From positions 742-64,741 of the forward strand of contig CAZTFR010000006.1 in assembly GCA_964612945.1 (NCBI GenBank): a stretch of DNA of 64,000 nt, read 5' to 3'. The notes under the pieces are model-generated. The model made no database searches, was not told the DNA's origin, and saw only the letters and a list, made by a program, of their open reading frames with translations. The position numbers and the translations under genes are program-made. Each line of letters opens with the position of its first letter. The first letter of the stretch is position 1. The stretch comes from an uncultured Thermoplasmatales archaeon. Lineage in GTDB: Archaea; Thermoplasmatota; E2; DHVEG-1. This document shows positions 61,894-64,000 of the stretch, one piece after another.

Positions 61894-62808
61894 ATGATGA
61901 ATAAAAAAATATTGCTTTCATGTATAATAATATGTTTAGGCATGTTGACTGTTTCGCTAACCGGTTGTGTTGATAATTCAGATGAAAAAATAGGTGTTTT
62001 AGTAACTATTGTACCACAGGTCGAAATGGTAGAATTCATTGCTGGAGAATATGTTGATGTCACTATTATGGTTCCACCGGGTGAAAGTCCTCATTCTTTT
62101 GAACCAACACCAGATCAGATGAAAAAAGTAGCCAAAGCAACAGCATATTTCAAGGTTGGTTCAGGTGTTGAATTTGAAGATGCTCATATGGATACAATAT
62201 TTGAGCAAAATTCAGATTTACAAGTGTTTGACGGCTCAGAAGACATATCTGTTATTTCTTTTGATCAACATTATGGAAACGAAGATTATCAAGAAGATGG
62301 TGAACATGATCATGAAGGAAATGATCCCCATATATGGACATCACCAGAAAATTTCAAAAAAATGGCAGAGGTAGTTTATACTGGCCTTGTTGAAATAGAT
62401 CCTGATCATCAAGAGGAATATTATGCAAACTATCAAGTATACATTTCTAAACTTGAAAACCTTCATACTAATGTTAGTAATTTATTAAATCCATATGAGG
62501 AGGAATCTTTTATGGTATATCATCCTGCGTGGGGTTATTTTGGTGATACTTATAATCTAAAAATGATTGCGATTGAAGATGAAGGAAAACAACCTGGTAC
62601 AGCTGGAATTGCTGCGATAATAGATCAAGCCAAAGAGGAAAATATAACAGTTATTTTTGTAGCACCACAATTTGATACATCAAGTGCAGAAACAATTGCT
62701 GATGAAATCGATGGAAATGTTGTTTTTGCAAATCCTTTGATGACAAATTATGAAGAAACAATTACAAAACTTGCAGAAGATATTGTAACTGGATTTGAAA
62801 ATAGTTAA
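61894..62808 (+). CDS. Metal ABC transporter substrate-binding lipoprotein (ZnuA/TroA-like)
   Basis: Lipobox LTGC, ligand contexts ESPHSFEP and DPHIW, and an acidic/His-rich loop HYGNEDYQEDGEHDHEGNDPH typical of zinc-specific members. Confidence 0.8.
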   Translation: MMNKKILLSCIIICLGMLTVSLTGCVDNSDEKIGVLVTIVPQVEMVEFIAGEYVDVTIMVPPGESPHSFEPTPDQMKKVAKATAYFKVGSGVEFEDAHMDTIFEQNSDLQVFDGSEDISVISFDQHYGNEDYQEDGEHDHEGNDPHIWTSPENFKKMAEVVYTGLVEIDPDHQEEYYANYQVYISKLENLHTNVSNLLNPYEEESFMVYHPAWGYFGDTYNLKMIAIEDEGKQPGTAGIAAIIDQAKEENITVIFVAPQFDTSSAETIADEIDGNVVFANPLMTNYEETITKLAEDIVTGFENS

Positions 62809-62874
62809 ACACAATAATTAATTATATTAATAATCTATTTTCATATAAAAAATGTGAGGTGCCATTTTTTTTAA

Positions 62875-63660
62875 ATGAATAAAAAAGTTGCAATTGAGTT
62901 AAAAAATATATCTGCCGGATATGGAAATGATATTGTAATTGAAAATATAACTTGTAATATTTATGATAAAGATTTCTTTGGAATAATTGGTCCTAATGGT
63001 GGAGGAAAATCTACTCTTTTAAAAATAATACTTGGTTTACTAAACCCATTTAAAGGATATATAAGGATCTATGGAAAACCACCTAAAATTGGACGTAAAA
63101 ATATCGGTTATGTTCCACAATATTCAGAGTATGATAAACATTATCCAATATCTGTGTGGGATGTTGTGTTAATGGGTCGTAGAAGTATACGAGGTTTTCA
63201 TCCTTTGTATTCCTCAGATGATAAAAAAGCAACAGTTGAAACTTTAAAAAAAGTAAGTATGTTAGAATATAAGAAACGGCATATTAGTGAACTTTCTGGT
63301 GGGCAAAGACAGAGGGTTTTTATTGCCCGTGCTCTTGTATCAAATCCTAAAATTCTTCTTCTTGATGAACCAACAGCAAGTATTGATAAAGATTTACAGA
63401 TAAATTTTTATAATCTTTTAAAGGAATTGAATAAATCTGTTACAATTCTTCTTGTCACTCATGACATAGGTGTAATTTCATCATATGTTAATCGTGTCGC
63501 TTGTCTTAATCATTTTATGTTTACTCATGATGATGAAAAAATGATAAGTAAAGAAATGCTTGAGAAAACATATAGTTGCCCGGTAGACTTGATTGCTCAT
63601 GGTGTGCCTCATAGAGTTCTTGATGAGCATAAAAAAAAGGATAAAAAAGGTGTAAAATAG
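62875..63660 (+). CDS. Metal ABC transporter ATP-binding protein (ZnuC-like)
   Basis: Walker A GPNGGGKST, signature LSGGQRQR, Walker B LLLDEP. Confidence 0.88.
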   Translation: MNKKVAIELKNISAGYGNDIVIENITCNIYDKDFFGIIGPNGGGKSTLLKIILGLLNPFKGYIRIYGKPPKIGRKNIGYVPQYSEYDKHYPISVWDVVLMGRRSIRGFHPLYSSDDKKATVETLKKVSMLEYKKRHISELSGGQRQRVFIARALVSNPKILLLDEPTASIDKDLQINFYNLLKELNKSVTILLVTHDIGVISSYVNRVACLNHFMFTHDDEKMISKEMLEKTYSCPVDLIAHGVPHRVLDEHKKKDKKGVK

Positions 63661-63682
63661 TTTGGTTGCTGATATTTTTGAG

Positions 63683-64000
63683 ATGTTTCAGTATCCTTTT
63701 GTTCAAAGGATGTTTATAGCAGGTCTGCTGGCAAGTTTTGCCTGTGGAATTATTGGAACTTATGTTGTTGTTAAACGTGTTGTTTTTATTAGTGGTGGTA
63801 TTGCTCATACTACTTTTGGGGGTATCGGATTTGCTTATTATCTTCAGTTTTTGGGTATAGTCTTTATTGACCCTTTGGTTGGTGCTTTGATTTTTGCACT
63901 TATTGCCGCACTTATTATGGGTCTGCCTTTTATCCGAACTCGTCTGCGTGAGGATTCAACAATTGGTATTTTATGGGTTGTTGGTATGGCTCTTGGAGTG
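63683..64000 (+). CDS. Metal ABC transporter permease (ZnuB-like), truncated by the right window edge
   Basis: Not in the ORF track (no stop in the window). MFQYPFVQRMFIAGLLASFACGIIGTYVVVKRVVFISGGIAHTTFGG is a typical ABC-3 permease N-terminus. It may start at the TTG at 63662. Confidence 0.75.
   Translation, partial: MFQYPFVQRMFIAGLLASFACGIIGTYVVVKRVVFISGGIAHTTFGGIGFAYYLQFLGIVFIDPLVGALIFALIAALIMGLPFIRTRLREDSTIGILWVVGMALGV

Overview
AT-rich archaeal chromosomal segment (60-nt spot counts in host genes are about 35% G+C), densely packed with about 70 genes using standard stop codons and frequent GGTG/GAGG Shine-Dalgarno sites. Lineage cannot be fixed from this window. Most of it is core archaeal housekeeping. 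Information-processing genes: PCNA, TFS, RpoL, Csl4, RNase P Pop5, Topo VI A/B, Hel308, RecJ/GAN-like DHH nuclease, aIF5A, uL16 (L10e), Kae1-Bud32, Cgi121, IleRS, ValRS, PheRS-beta, TruD, a TtuA/NcsA-type thiolase and one tRNA-Arg(GCG). Metabolic and transport genes: fused PFOR, membrane pyrophosphatase, PyrD/PyrK, an HPS-RraA fusion, agmatinase and a Znu-like metal ABC transporter with a NikR-like regulator. Signal-peptide proteins are common, including C25, S8 and M50 proteases, a beta-helix protein, PKD/Ig-like proteins and a pair of unknown secreted paralogs. No rRNA genes or CRISPR arrays were seen. Two accessory insertions stand out. (1) A 1.37-kb IS (25190-26563) has 8-bp terminal inverted repeats and an AACATA target duplication, and its IS4/ISH3-type transposase is interrupted by one in-frame TAA. 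(2) A roughly 4.1-kb, G+C-richer island (about 52.42-56.56 kb) sits between a membrane FKBP-like gene and speB-aIF5A. The island carries a tyrosine recombinase, a palindrome-rich divergent control region, several miniproteins below the 60-aa ORF-track cutoff (RHH, HTH, zinc ribbons), and two tandem paralogs of about 95-100 aa. Each paralog has two hydrophobic helices joined by an N-x-T-bearing linker, an architecture I associate with major capsid proteins of spindle-shaped archaeal viruses. I consider this island a cryptic or defective provirus- or satellite-like element, and it is the most interesting candidate in the window. All homology calls come from motif recognition by eye; no database search was possible.
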